This document shows positions 9,248 to 16,970 of a stretch of DNA of 43,081 nt, in pieces. The DNA lies in contig WSMU01000003.1 of assembly GCA_013316395.1 (NCBI GenBank), positions 1-43,081 on the forward strand, read 5' to 3'. The translations under genes were made by a program, and so were the position numbers. Below the pieces are notes generated by a model. The model had not been told where the DNA came from. It searched no databases and saw only the letters and a list, made by a program, of their open reading frames with translations. Position 1 is the first letter of the stretch. Every line of letters begins with the position of its first letter. The stretch is from Alphaproteobacteria bacterium. GTDB taxonomy: Bacteria > Pseudomonadota > Alphaproteobacteria > Rs-D84.

Positions 9248-9610
9248 ATGCAGAAAAAACGTACAAATTCAAATCGACCCGACCGCATTGCGGCCAAGGT
9301 TCAGGTGCTGGTTGCGGAAATATTGCGTGATAATTATGGAGAGGACCCCATTTTGCGCGGGGTATCGCTGGTAGGGGCGGTGGCGCATGGCGGTTTGCAG
9401 TTTGTGCGGTTGTATTATTATTCGCGAAACGAAGACATTGCCGCGGTGCAAAAGCGCCTGGACGAGGTTGTGCGGACTGTTCGCTTTGAGTTGGCGGCCA
9501 GAATGAATCAAAAGTATGTTCCTGATATTCGTTTCGAATATGATGATACGCTGGAGCGGGCCGAGCGTATTGATGAATTGTTGGAGAATATTGCGAATGA
9601 AAAGATATAA
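9248..9610 (+). CDS. rbfA: Ribosome-binding factor A (divergent)
   Basis: 120 aa; N-terminal R..RIA helix, DP motif and C-terminal YVPDIRFEYDDTLERAERIDELL signature. Confidence 0.88.
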   Translation: MQKKRTNSNRPDRIAAKVQVLVAEILRDNYGEDPILRGVSLVGAVAHGGLQFVRLYYYSRNEDIAAVQKRLDEVVRTVRFELAARMNQKYVPDIRFEYDDTLERAERIDELLENIANEKI

Positions 9611-10067
9611 CGATTTTATACCAAAAGGCGATGTGCATTTATGTTCTAGTGTTACGGACAGTTTGTTGCGGGATTTCTATATGATTGCCAATCAAACACG
9701 CCCGAATAATGCAGAGATGATTTTTAAAACACTGCAGCATGAAGTACATGATCTGCATCATATTCTGCTGGTATATAAGATGCGCGATTATGTATATGGG
9801 TTTATCTCAGGTCATCTTATTCCAGGGAACGACAATGTTCAGGCAGAAGCTCGTATAAACTGGCTGTTTGTGGAACCGATAGCACAGAAAAAAGGCATAG
9901 GTTCAAAGCTTATCTCTGGATTTGAGAATCATTTAAAAGAAGTTTGGAAGGTATATCGGATACAGGTTCAGCCAGTGCCAACTTTACAGTCCAAGAATTT
10001 TTATACCAAGCATGGATATGCTCCGGGAATTATACCGTATCTGTATGCAAAAGATTTGTCGCGCTGA
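9597..10067 (+). CDS. GNAT family N-acetyltransferase
   Basis: INWLFVEPIAQKKGIGSKLI (motif A, QxxGxG) and NFYTKHGY. The ATG at 9597 overlaps the end of rbfA. Confidence 0.82.
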   Translation: MKRYNDFIPKGDVHLCSSVTDSLLRDFYMIANQTRPNNAEMIFKTLQHEVHDLHHILLVYKMRDYVYGFISGHLIPGNDNVQAEARINWLFVEPIAQKKGIGSKLISGFENHLKEVWKVYRIQVQPVPTLQSKNFYTKHGYAPGIIPYLYAKDLSR

Positions 10068-10130
10068 TAATACAGAAAATCCCATAAAAAACCGATTGCA
10101 AGTTTTAATATACTGGTGTACCATTGCCGC

Positions 10131-11921
10131 ATGAGCCAGAATAATATTAGAAACTTTGCAATAGTTGCACACATAGACCACGGTAAATCCACTTTATCCG
10201 ACAGATTGATTGAGTTCACAGGCGGCCTGGCATCGCGTGAAATGAAGGCCCAGGTTTTGGACTCTATGGATATAGAGCGCGAGCGTGGCATTACAATCAA
10301 GGCCCAGACAGTACGTCTTAGCTACAAGGCAAACGATGGGCAGGTATATCAGCTTAATTTAATGGATACGCCCGGGCATGTCGATTTCTCGTATGAGGTA
10401 TCGCGTTCTTTGGCCGCGTGTGAAGGGGCGCTGGTTCTGGTTGATGCAACCCAGGGGGTTCAGGCACAGACGTTGGCGAATGCTTATCTGGCATTGGATA
10501 ATGATTTGGAAATGCTGCCTGTTTTAAACAAGGTAGACCTGCCGTCAAGCGATGTTGACGCGGTGCGGGAACAAATTGCGGATGTTATCGGACTGGATGC
10601 GTCCCAGGCGCTGGCTGTTTCTGGTAAGACGGGGGCGGGTGTTCCCGAACTGCTGGAGGAGATTGTTCAAAAGCTGCCTGCGCCGCGGGGGAATGAAAAT
10701 GCGCCGACGCGCGCGTTACTGGTCGATTCGTGGTATGATTCATATCTGGGTGTTGTGATATTGGTGCGTGTTGTTGACGGAAAGTTGGCACGTGGTCAAA
10801 AAATTAAATTCATGGCCACCGGGGCGGAGTATGTTGTAGATAAAATCGGATACTTTACGCCCAAAATGGTTAATACAGAAGAGCTTAAGACCGGTGAAAT
10901 TGGTTTTATTATTACAGGTATGAAGACCATACATGACTGTAAGGTTGGTGATACTATCTTAGATGTTCGTGGTGGCGGGGATGCATTGCCCGGGTTTAAG
11001 CCATCGATTCCCGTTGTATTTTCATCATTCTTTCCGGTAGAAGCCGATGATTATCCAGCATTGCGTGAAAGTGCAGAGAAGCTGGCGTTAAATGATGCAT
11101 CGTTTATGTTTACGACGGAAAAATCATCTGCGCTGGGCTTTGGTTTGCGATGCGGATTTTTGGGCCTGCTGCATATGGAAATCATAAGCGAGCGTTTGTC
11201 GCGTGAATTTAATTTGACGCTTATTAACACTGTTCCCAGTGTGCTCTACAAGCTGTATCTGCGTGGTGGTGACGTTATGGATTTGGAAAACCCTGCGGAT
11301 ATGCCGGAACCTACAAAAATAGAACGGATAGAAGAACCTTGGGTGCGTGCAACAATTATGATGCCCGATAAATACATGGGTGGGATTATGGCCCTGTGCT
11401 CGGAGCGGCGCGGTATTCAGGAAAATATTTCCTATGTCGGAAACCGTGCGGTTTTGGTATATCTGTTACCGCTGGCGGAAATAGTTTTTGATTTTTATGA
11501 CCGGGTAAAATCGATATCTTCTGGTTATGCGTCTTTTGATTACGTATTGCAGGGATATCAGGCATCGGATTTGGTAAAGGTATCTATTTTGGTAAATGAC
11601 GAAAATGTTGAGCCACTGTCGTTTATGTGTCACCGCAGTTTTGCAGAAAAGCGCGGGCGCCAGATTGTGGAAAAACTAAAAGACCTTATACCGCGACACC
11701 AGTTTAAAATACCGTTGCAGGCGGCAATCGGTGGAAAAATTATAGCGAGAGAGACTATTGCGGCATACCGCAAGGATGTTACCGCAAAATGTTACGGTGG
11801 GGATATAACACGTAAGCGCAAGTTGCTGGAAAAGCAAAAAGAAGGCAAAAAGCGTATGCGTACGTTCGGCAGTGTTGAGATACCGCAGAGTGCATTTATC
11901 AACGCGCTAAAAGTAAGTTAA
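10131..11921 (+). CDS. lepA: Elongation factor 4 (LepA)
   Basis: [22 protein letters not shown] and C-terminal [24 protein letters not shown]. Confidence 0.98.
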   Translation: MSQNNIRNFAIVAHIDHGKSTLSDRLIEFTGGLASREMKAQVLDSMDIERERGITIKAQTVRLSYKANDGQVYQLNLMDTPGHVDFSYEVSRSLAACEGALVLVDATQGVQAQTLANAYLALDNDLEMLPVLNKVDLPSSDVDAVREQIADVIGLDASQALAVSGKTGAGVPELLEEIVQKLPAPRGNENAPTRALLVDSWYDSYLGVVILVRVVDGKLARGQKIKFMATGAEYVVDKIGYFTPKMVNTEELKTGEIGFIITGMKTIHDCKVGDTILDVRGGGDALPGFKPSIPVVFSSFFPVEADDYPALRESAEKLALNDASFMFTTEKSSALGFGLRCGFLGLLHMEIISERLSREFNLTLINTVPSVLYKLYLRGGDVMDLENPADMPEPTKIERIEEPWVRATIMMPDKYMGGIMALCSERRGIQENISYVGNRAVLVYLLPLAEIVFDFYDRVKSISSGYASFDYVLQGYQASDLVKVSILVNDENVEPLSFMCHRSFAEKRGRQIVEKLKDLIPRHQFKIPLQAAIGGKIIARETIAAYRKDVTAKCYGGDITRKRKLLEKQKEGKKRMRTFGSVEIPQSAFINALKVS

Positions 11922-11942
11922 TCAAATATAAGGAATAGTCAG

Positions 11943-12377
11943 ATGTTTGCAAATTTTGTTCAAAAGTGGAATGCATTTAAGGCAGATTTTGAAGAATATA
12001 AAAAGTTGCGTCGTATTGCATCTATTGCAAAGCGTAATTTGTTAGAGCTTCGTGGAAAAATAACAGTGTTTATTTCAATGGATGAAAAAATTTCTCGCAA
12101 GCGCTGTATTCAATCAAAACTGTTGGAGGTGCCGAGAAGGGACGTATGTGATACTGTCTTGGAGCCGGCCGGTGCTCATTATGTTCAGTGTGAACACTAT
12201 TGCCCAAATTTTCGTGCTGTCAAAGATAAGGAAAATGCTCAGCCCTGCACGGATACAGCATGTCCGTGTTATGCCGCAAACAAAGCCTATGCAGAAGCGG
12301 CGGTTCAATATACGGATGCGGTAAAAAAGCGTCGTGCGTTTTGGAACAAAAATAATACAAACGTAAAACAGATGTAA
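11943..12377 (+). CDS. Hypothetical protein with Cys cluster
   Basis: 144-aa ORF with AAGGA RBS; C..C and CxxxxCPC cluster; no recognisable family. Confidence 0.7.
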   Translation: MFANFVQKWNAFKADFEEYKKLRRIASIAKRNLLELRGKITVFISMDEKISRKRCIQSKLLEVPRRDVCDTVLEPAGAHYVQCEHYCPNFRAVKDKENAQPCTDTACPCYAANKAYAEAAVQYTDAVKKRRAFWNKNNTNVKQM

Positions 12378-12389
12378 GCGGGGGCGGCT

Positions 12390-13397
12390 GTGGCTCATCA
12401 GTTCTATTTTAACCCATATATTCTGGATAATTTGCCGGCACCAAATTCGGGCTTTGACGTTGTCCAGGATATATCAGAGCCACGATTGAGAATGTATGTC
12501 ACAAGCCGCGGTGTAAAAACTTTCTTTGTACGCAAGCGCATCGGTGGTCGCGACCGAAGAATTATAATCGGAAATTATCCAGATATGGATATAGAGCAGG
12601 CCCGTGATAGTGTTTCATCTGTGTTGGCAAGTGCGGCGGAAAAGCCAAAGACGCGTCGTCGTAAAATCTCGTTTGGAAGACTAACAGATATGTATCTAAA
12701 CGAACGTGTTCGACGCAGCGAAGATGGAATGGTAAAACTGCGGCGTGCGATTGAACGGCACTTAGGCGAATTAGATGAGAAAAATATTTCCGAAGTAACA
12801 TTTGAAGATGTCATGGATGTGATTGGCTCCATCCATGGTGCGGCGATTGCGCGTCGCATGCAGGAACTGGTTCAGAGTATTTTTAAATATGCTCTCGAGA
12901 CGGGATATATAAAAGAAAATCCCATTTCCAAAATGCCAAAAGTTACGCAGCATCGACGTGTCCGGCCATTAACTAAATCCGGGATAGTTAGATTGATTGC
13001 CGCAATTGACGACGAGCCGTCGCCGGTTCTACGTGCTGCGTTTATGATGCTGGTATATGGATTCGCGCCAAAGTCGCAGGTGTTTTCGATGCGCTGGTCT
13101 GATTTGGATTTCAATCATTATATGTGGGGCGCGCGCCCGCTATCGGATGCCGCGGCCGTATTGCTGCAGGATTTGCCGCAGGACGGGAACTGGGTTTTTT
13201 CCGTGCGCGGTCGTATGCGCTTAACAGACCCGCGTGTGGCCTGGCGTCGTGTGGTTGCCGCGGCTGGAATTCCGAATTTAACAATGGATGATGTGCATAA
13301 ATTTATGATGCGACATTTGGTTTGGGCATCGGGCGCCGAAGACTTGCGCACAAATATGAATGAGCTGATTGATGAAATAAATTCTTCAAACATATAA
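12390..13397 (+). CDS. Integrase-derived protein (Arm DNA-binding/DUF4102-type N-domain) with degenerate tyrosine-recombinase catalytic domain
   Basis: N-terminal D..L.MYV..GVKTF..R..G..R..IG.YP.M.IEQAR arm domain; MRWSDLDF, PLS and WVF motifs retained; catalytic residues absent. Confidence 0.8.
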   Translation: MAHQFYFNPYILDNLPAPNSGFDVVQDISEPRLRMYVTSRGVKTFFVRKRIGGRDRRIIIGNYPDMDIEQARDSVSSVLASAAEKPKTRRRKISFGRLTDMYLNERVRRSEDGMVKLRRAIERHLGELDEKNISEVTFEDVMDVIGSIHGAAIARRMQELVQSIFKYALETGYIKENPISKMPKVTQHRRVRPLTKSGIVRLIAAIDDEPSPVLRAAFMMLVYGFAPKSQVFSMRWSDLDFNHYMWGARPLSDAAAVLLQDLPQDGNWVFSVRGRMRLTDPRVAWRRVVAAAGIPNLTMDDVHKFMMRHLVWASGAEDLRTNMNELIDEINSSNI

Positions 13398-13438
13398 ATA
13401 TCGTTTTGTCAAGTTTTGTTATCGTTTGTTATAATTTC

Positions 13439-13467
13439 TTGACACCAATGCCATAAAATGATAGCGT
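13439..13467 (+). promoter_or_regulatory. Sigma70 promoter of acpP-fabF
   Basis: TTGACA-17 nt-TAGCGT. Confidence 0.55.
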
Positions 13468-13524
13468 TAAGTAATGACACGCCCAGAGCAGGGCCACACA
13501 TTTAACTGAAACAAAGGAAAAAAA

Positions 13525-13758
13525 ATGACAACTTTTGAAAAAGTAAAAAAAATCGTAGCTGATAAGCTGGGCGTTGACGAAGCAAAAGTCACCGAAACAG
13601 CTGCATTCGTAAACGATTTGGGTGCTGATTCTTTGGACGTTGTTGAATTCGTTATGGAAGTTGAAAAAGAATTCGATATTACAATTCCTGACGAAGAAGC
13701 CGCGAAACTGGCAACAGTTGGCGATGCGGTTAAATACATCGAATCCCACAAAAAATAA
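13525..13758 (+). CDS. acpP: Acyl carrier protein
   Basis: [11 protein letters not shown] phosphopantetheine motif; 77 aa, acidic. Confidence 0.98.
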   Translation: MTTFEKVKKIVADKLGVDEAKVTETAAFVNDLGADSLDVVEFVMEVEKEFDITIPDEEAAKLATVGDAVKYIESHKK

Positions 13759-13896
13759 TTTTTGTTAGGGTATTTTATCGTGAGATAAACAAATCCGTCG
13801 CAATGTATTTTTGTTGGCGGATTTTTTTCTGTATTTTCGCCGGCCAAAGGTTTATTATATGGCCATAGACAGATAAGTATAAAAGGAATATAGAAA

Positions 13897-15150
13897 ATGA
13901 GAAGAGTAGTTATAACAGGCATGGGAATCGTATCACCGGTCGGTACCGGGATTGAACATGCGTGGAAAAATATTTTGGAGGGTAAATCCGGCGTTCGTAA
14001 AATTGACACGTTTGATGCGTCTGATTGCGCATCCCAGATTGCCGGTTTGCCTGTATGCGGGACAGAGCCCGGTCAGTATAACCCCGACAGTGTTGTTGAA
14101 CCGCGCGACCAGCGCAAAATGGACAAGGGTATTGTTTATGGTGTTGTTGCCGCAGACGAGGCAATGCGCGATGCGGGGCTGATTGACTATACCGGCGACA
14201 AAGAACGTATCGGTGTATCGATTGGTATGGGTATCGGTGGTTTGAATACAATTTATGATAATTGTGTTGAATTATATACCGGTGGCCCGCGTCGTATCAG
14301 CCCATTCTTTATCCCAAAATGCATTATTAACATGACAGCTGGACATGTATCCATTCGTTATGGACTAAAAGGGCCGAACTTATCCGTTGTAACGGCGTGT
14401 GCATCTGCGGCGCATTCAATCGGCGAAGCCGCGCGTCTGATTCAGCATGGCGATGCAGATATTATGCTGGCCGGTGGGTCCGAGGCGGCGGTTGGTAAAA
14501 TCGGCGTTGCCGGATTTTCAGCGATGAAGGCACTGTCAACGCGTAATGATGAACCGGAAAAAGCATCCCGTCCATGGGACAAGGGGCGCGACGGCTTTAT
14601 TATGGCCGAAGGCGCCGGTATTTTGGTTTTGGAAGAATATGAACATGCCAAGGCACGCGGTGCAAAAATTTATGCCGAGGTTGCAGGATACGGTATGTCT
14701 GGCGATGCGTATCATATCACTGCGCCGGCCGAAGGCGGCGAGGGCGGCCTGCGCGCGATGAAGGCGGCTTTGCGTGATGCAAATCTGACACCGGCCGATG
14801 TTGACTATATCAATGCGCATGGAACATCGACGGGCCTGGGTGACATTGGTGAATTAACAGCTGTAAAAGGGTTGTTTGGCGACCTGCCGGTTTCCATGTC
14901 ATCTACTAAATCTATGACGGGGCATCTGTTGGGCGCAGCTGGCGCGGTAGAGGCTATATTCTGCACGTTGGCGATTCGTGACGGTATTGCGCCGGCGACA
15001 ATCAATCTGGAAGATCCGGTTGACGAAGTTGGCAACTTTGACCTGGTTCCGAACAAGGCTAAAAAGCGCAAACTCGATGTTGCAATCAGTAACAGTTTCG
15101 GTTTTGGTGGCACAAATGCGTCCCTGGTTCTGAAAAAGGTTACAGAATAA
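13897..15150 (+). CDS. fabF: 3-oxoacyl-ACP synthase II
   Basis: TACAS, NAHGTST, GHLLGAAG and SNSFGFGGTN motifs; follows acpP. Confidence 0.97.
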   Translation: MRRVVITGMGIVSPVGTGIEHAWKNILEGKSGVRKIDTFDASDCASQIAGLPVCGTEPGQYNPDSVVEPRDQRKMDKGIVYGVVAADEAMRDAGLIDYTGDKERIGVSIGMGIGGLNTIYDNCVELYTGGPRRISPFFIPKCIINMTAGHVSIRYGLKGPNLSVVTACASAAHSIGEAARLIQHGDADIMLAGGSEAAVGKIGVAGFSAMKALSTRNDEPEKASRPWDKGRDGFIMAEGAGILVLEEYEHAKARGAKIYAEVAGYGMSGDAYHITAPAEGGEGGLRAMKAALRDANLTPADVDYINAHGTSTGLGDIGELTAVKGLFGDLPVSMSSTKSMTGHLLGAAGAVEAIFCTLAIRDGIAPATINLEDPVDEVGNFDLVPNKAKKRKLDVAISNSFGFGGTNASLVLKKVTE

Positions 15151-15151
15151 T

Positions 15152-15177
15152 AAAAAGCCCCAAAACGGGGCTTTTTT
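15152..15177 (+). terminator. Intrinsic terminator after fabF
   Basis: AAAAAGCCCC-AAAAC-GGGGCTTTTTT. Confidence 0.85.
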
Positions 15178-15318
15178 AGTGTAGAAACAATTTGTTAAAA
15201 AGAAAAAACGGTGCCTATTCAAAAGGACCGTTTTCCTACATTGTTATTTTTAATAATTTTATCCCAGATTTTCGCTATATGTCAACCCAAAAAATTGCCG
15301 AAAAAAAACGGTGGTTTT

Positions 15319-15816
15319 ATGTTCAAGAAAGTTGTTGTGTTGGCGATTGTTGCGCTGTTGTGTTGGGAAAATAATTCGTTGGGTGGACGTTTGGTGCAAT
15401 GCTGTTTTCGAAAGAACGAGGAAGGCATATTTGCGCCTGTTACGGCGGAATCCTGCTCAAAATGTCCGCCCGGATGCAATGATTTATGCGATGAAGGGGG
15501 GCTTGACCCGATTCTGACATGTGGGGATGAATGTAAAGGGCTGACTGATTGGAGCGCCCCTAATGGAGTTTTGATAACAAAAGCTACTTATCAAACCCGC
15601 TGTAATGTTACATATTGTGAGTATAGGTGTATTGCGGGGTATTATGGACGCGGAAAAAATTGTATGGCGTGTCCAGGCTCTTTTTTGTTATCGGGAAATG
15701 GTGAGGTTGGAACCAGCAATGTGGGGGCGACACTAATAACGCAGTGCTATTCCGTATCCGGTAAAGATACATCTGGAAATTTTGTCTTTTCGCCCGCGTG
15801 TTTCTATTCGGAATAA
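15319..15816 (+). CDS. Secreted Cys-rich protein, paralogue A
   Basis: Signal peptide from ATG 15319; C-terminal CEYRC..GYYG.G..C..CP...ITQCY...D.SG.F...C.YSE module shared with two other genes. Confidence 0.75.
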   Translation: MFKKVVVLAIVALLCWENNSLGGRLVQCCFRKNEEGIFAPVTAESCSKCPPGCNDLCDEGGLDPILTCGDECKGLTDWSAPNGVLITKATYQTRCNVTYCEYRCIAGYYGRGKNCMACPGSFLLSGNGEVGTSNVGATLITQCYSVSGKDTSGNFVFSPACFYSE

Positions 15817-15847
15817 AGCCGGGGACAATCGTCCCCGGTTCATTTTT
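15817..15847. terminator. Bidirectional terminator between convergent Cys-rich genes
   Basis: AGCCGGGGAC-AATC-GTCCCCGGTT hairpin. Confidence 0.65.
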
Positions 15848-16649
15848 AATCATGATGGCAGTCATTGTTTACGATTGTAAAACTGCCTGTTTGATCGCCG
15901 TATTGCGTACCTTTGGGTATATAGCAGTCTGTTTGCAGGGTAGAGCCAGGTGCAGAAGTTGCCGGCCCCGGATAGGCTGGCCATCTGTTACAGGTTGATG
16001 TGGCTGATGTTGGTGTGCCGTAATAATGTTCCGCACAGCGATAATTGGTCGTCTGGGACCAGCCAGAAGATGCACATGTATAAATGCTTTCCTTTTCAAT
16101 CATTGGTACGTTATAGGTCGAGTCTTTCTTTGCCGTTTCCCAGTAAGTGTTTTCTGGTTTGGTGTCGATATAACATTTTTGCGTACATTTTCCGCTTATG
16201 CATATATAGCCTTTTTCGTTGTCGCATTGGTTGTTGTTGGTGCAATAGTTTGAAATTTGGAGACACCGGCCATATATTTCATTGATGTTTTTTTGACACT
16301 TAAATCCACTTACGCAATCGCTGTCGGACTGGCATGAGCATATTATATTGCTTAATACGCCTATTATACTGTTGTCGTTAAATTCTTGTAGCCCCATTGC
16401 GTTTATAAGGTTGGCCTGACATGCTGCGGTGACATTTAATGCGCAGTTGCCACCGCCCCAGCCATTTTTTGTTACCAGGCGCCAGTAGTTGTCACGATAG
16501 TTCAGGCTTTCTATGCCGTAAACATTTATGTATTTTGATGTGCATTCTGTAAAAAGGCCGCCAGGGTAATAGGTGCTGGTATCCGCGGCCCCGTGGCATG
16601 CCCCGGTTGCCAGGATGAATGCAGCGAACGCTGTTGTTATTTTTTTCAT
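15846..16649 (-). CDS. Secreted Cys-rich protein, paralogue B
   Basis: Signal peptide MKKITT..CHG; two C..D/N..C...C repeats; C-terminal YRC..YYG...C...TDCYIP....DQTG.F..NDC module; AAGGAG RBS. Confidence 0.8.
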   Translation of the reverse strand: MKKITTAFAAFILATGACHGAADTSTYYPGGLFTECTSKYINVYGIESLNYRDNYWRLVTKNGWGGGNCALNVTAACQANLINAMGLQEFNDNSIIGVLSNIICSCQSDSDCVSGFKCQKNINEIYGRCLQISNYCTNNNQCDNEKGYICISGKCTQKCYIDTKPENTYWETAKKDSTYNVPMIEKESIYTCASSGWSQTTNYRCAEHYYGTPTSATSTCNRWPAYPGPATSAPGSTLQTDCYIPKGTQYGDQTGSFTIVNNDCHHD

Positions 16650-16905
16650 TTTCTAACTCCTTGTTTGGTAAACAAAAAACCACCAAGGATTTGGTGGTCG
16701 GGGAGTTAAGAAAATCATACAACATAATGACCCCGCCAGCTTTTGGATAAACCTGTGGTATGGCTGACGGCTCCCCGACGCTATGCGGGGGGTACAATAG
16801 CGGGCGCAGAAAAATGCGCCGCATATATGCGGATTACGATGTATCGATACACCGATGTTGTATGGGATTTCTTAAGTCCCAGAACCCACATCCCTGTAGA
16901 TTCAA
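16650..16905 (-). promoter_or_regulatory. Structured 5' leader, copy 1 (target site, antisense module, terminator, anti-SD)
   Basis: Colinear homology with 39301..39567, with compensatory changes in the stems. Confidence 0.8.
16692..16779 (-). ncRNA. Candidate C4/CI-like antisense RNA, copy 1
   Basis: Closing stem GUCGGGGAG/CUCCCCGAC, internal hairpins CCGUCAGC/GCUGGCGG and GGUCAU/AUGAUU, 3' ACCA. Loop and bulge are complementary to the upstream site 16855-16880. Confidence 0.6.
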
Positions 16906-16909
16906 GGCA

Positions 16910-16938
16910 ATTATAAAAAATATGGGACTTTAAAACAA
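16910..16938 (-). promoter_or_regulatory. Sigma70 promoter of leader copy 1
   Basis: Minus-strand TTGTTT-17 nt-TATAAT directly before the conserved TTGAATC block. Confidence 0.6.
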
Positions 16939-16942
16939 TAAT

Positions 16943-16970
16943 AAAAAAACGGGGGGGGGCCCCGTTTTTT
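16943..16970 (-). terminator. Terminator after the acyl-CoA synthetase
   Basis: AAAAAAACGGGG..CCCCGTTTTTT inverted repeat with flanking A/T runs. Confidence 0.7.

Larger units (their letters stand above)
6531..9360 (+). repeat. Tandem duplication unit, copy 2 (2830 bp)
   Basis: Identical to 3701-6530; the ends share near-homology GG(C/T)ATCGCTGG. Confidence 0.97.

Noticed and set aside
16492-16824. 110-aa ORF running through the leader as a leader peptide or ash/icd-like gene
   Set aside because: It overlaps paralogue B out of frame, has no clear RBS, and no equivalent ORF of this size is listed for copy 2. A short leader peptide cannot be fully excluded.
16650-16905. Leader as a retron msr-msd, DGR template, MITE or known metabolite riboswitch
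   Set aside because: No reverse transcriptase or transposase in the window. The inverted repeats are internal, not terminal. I saw no target-site duplication, adenine-specific variant repeat or recognisable aptamer consensus.
16951-16959. G9 tract as a phase-variation switch for the adjacent promoter
   Set aside because: It lies in a terminator stem-loop outside the -35/-10 spacer and outside any ORF.
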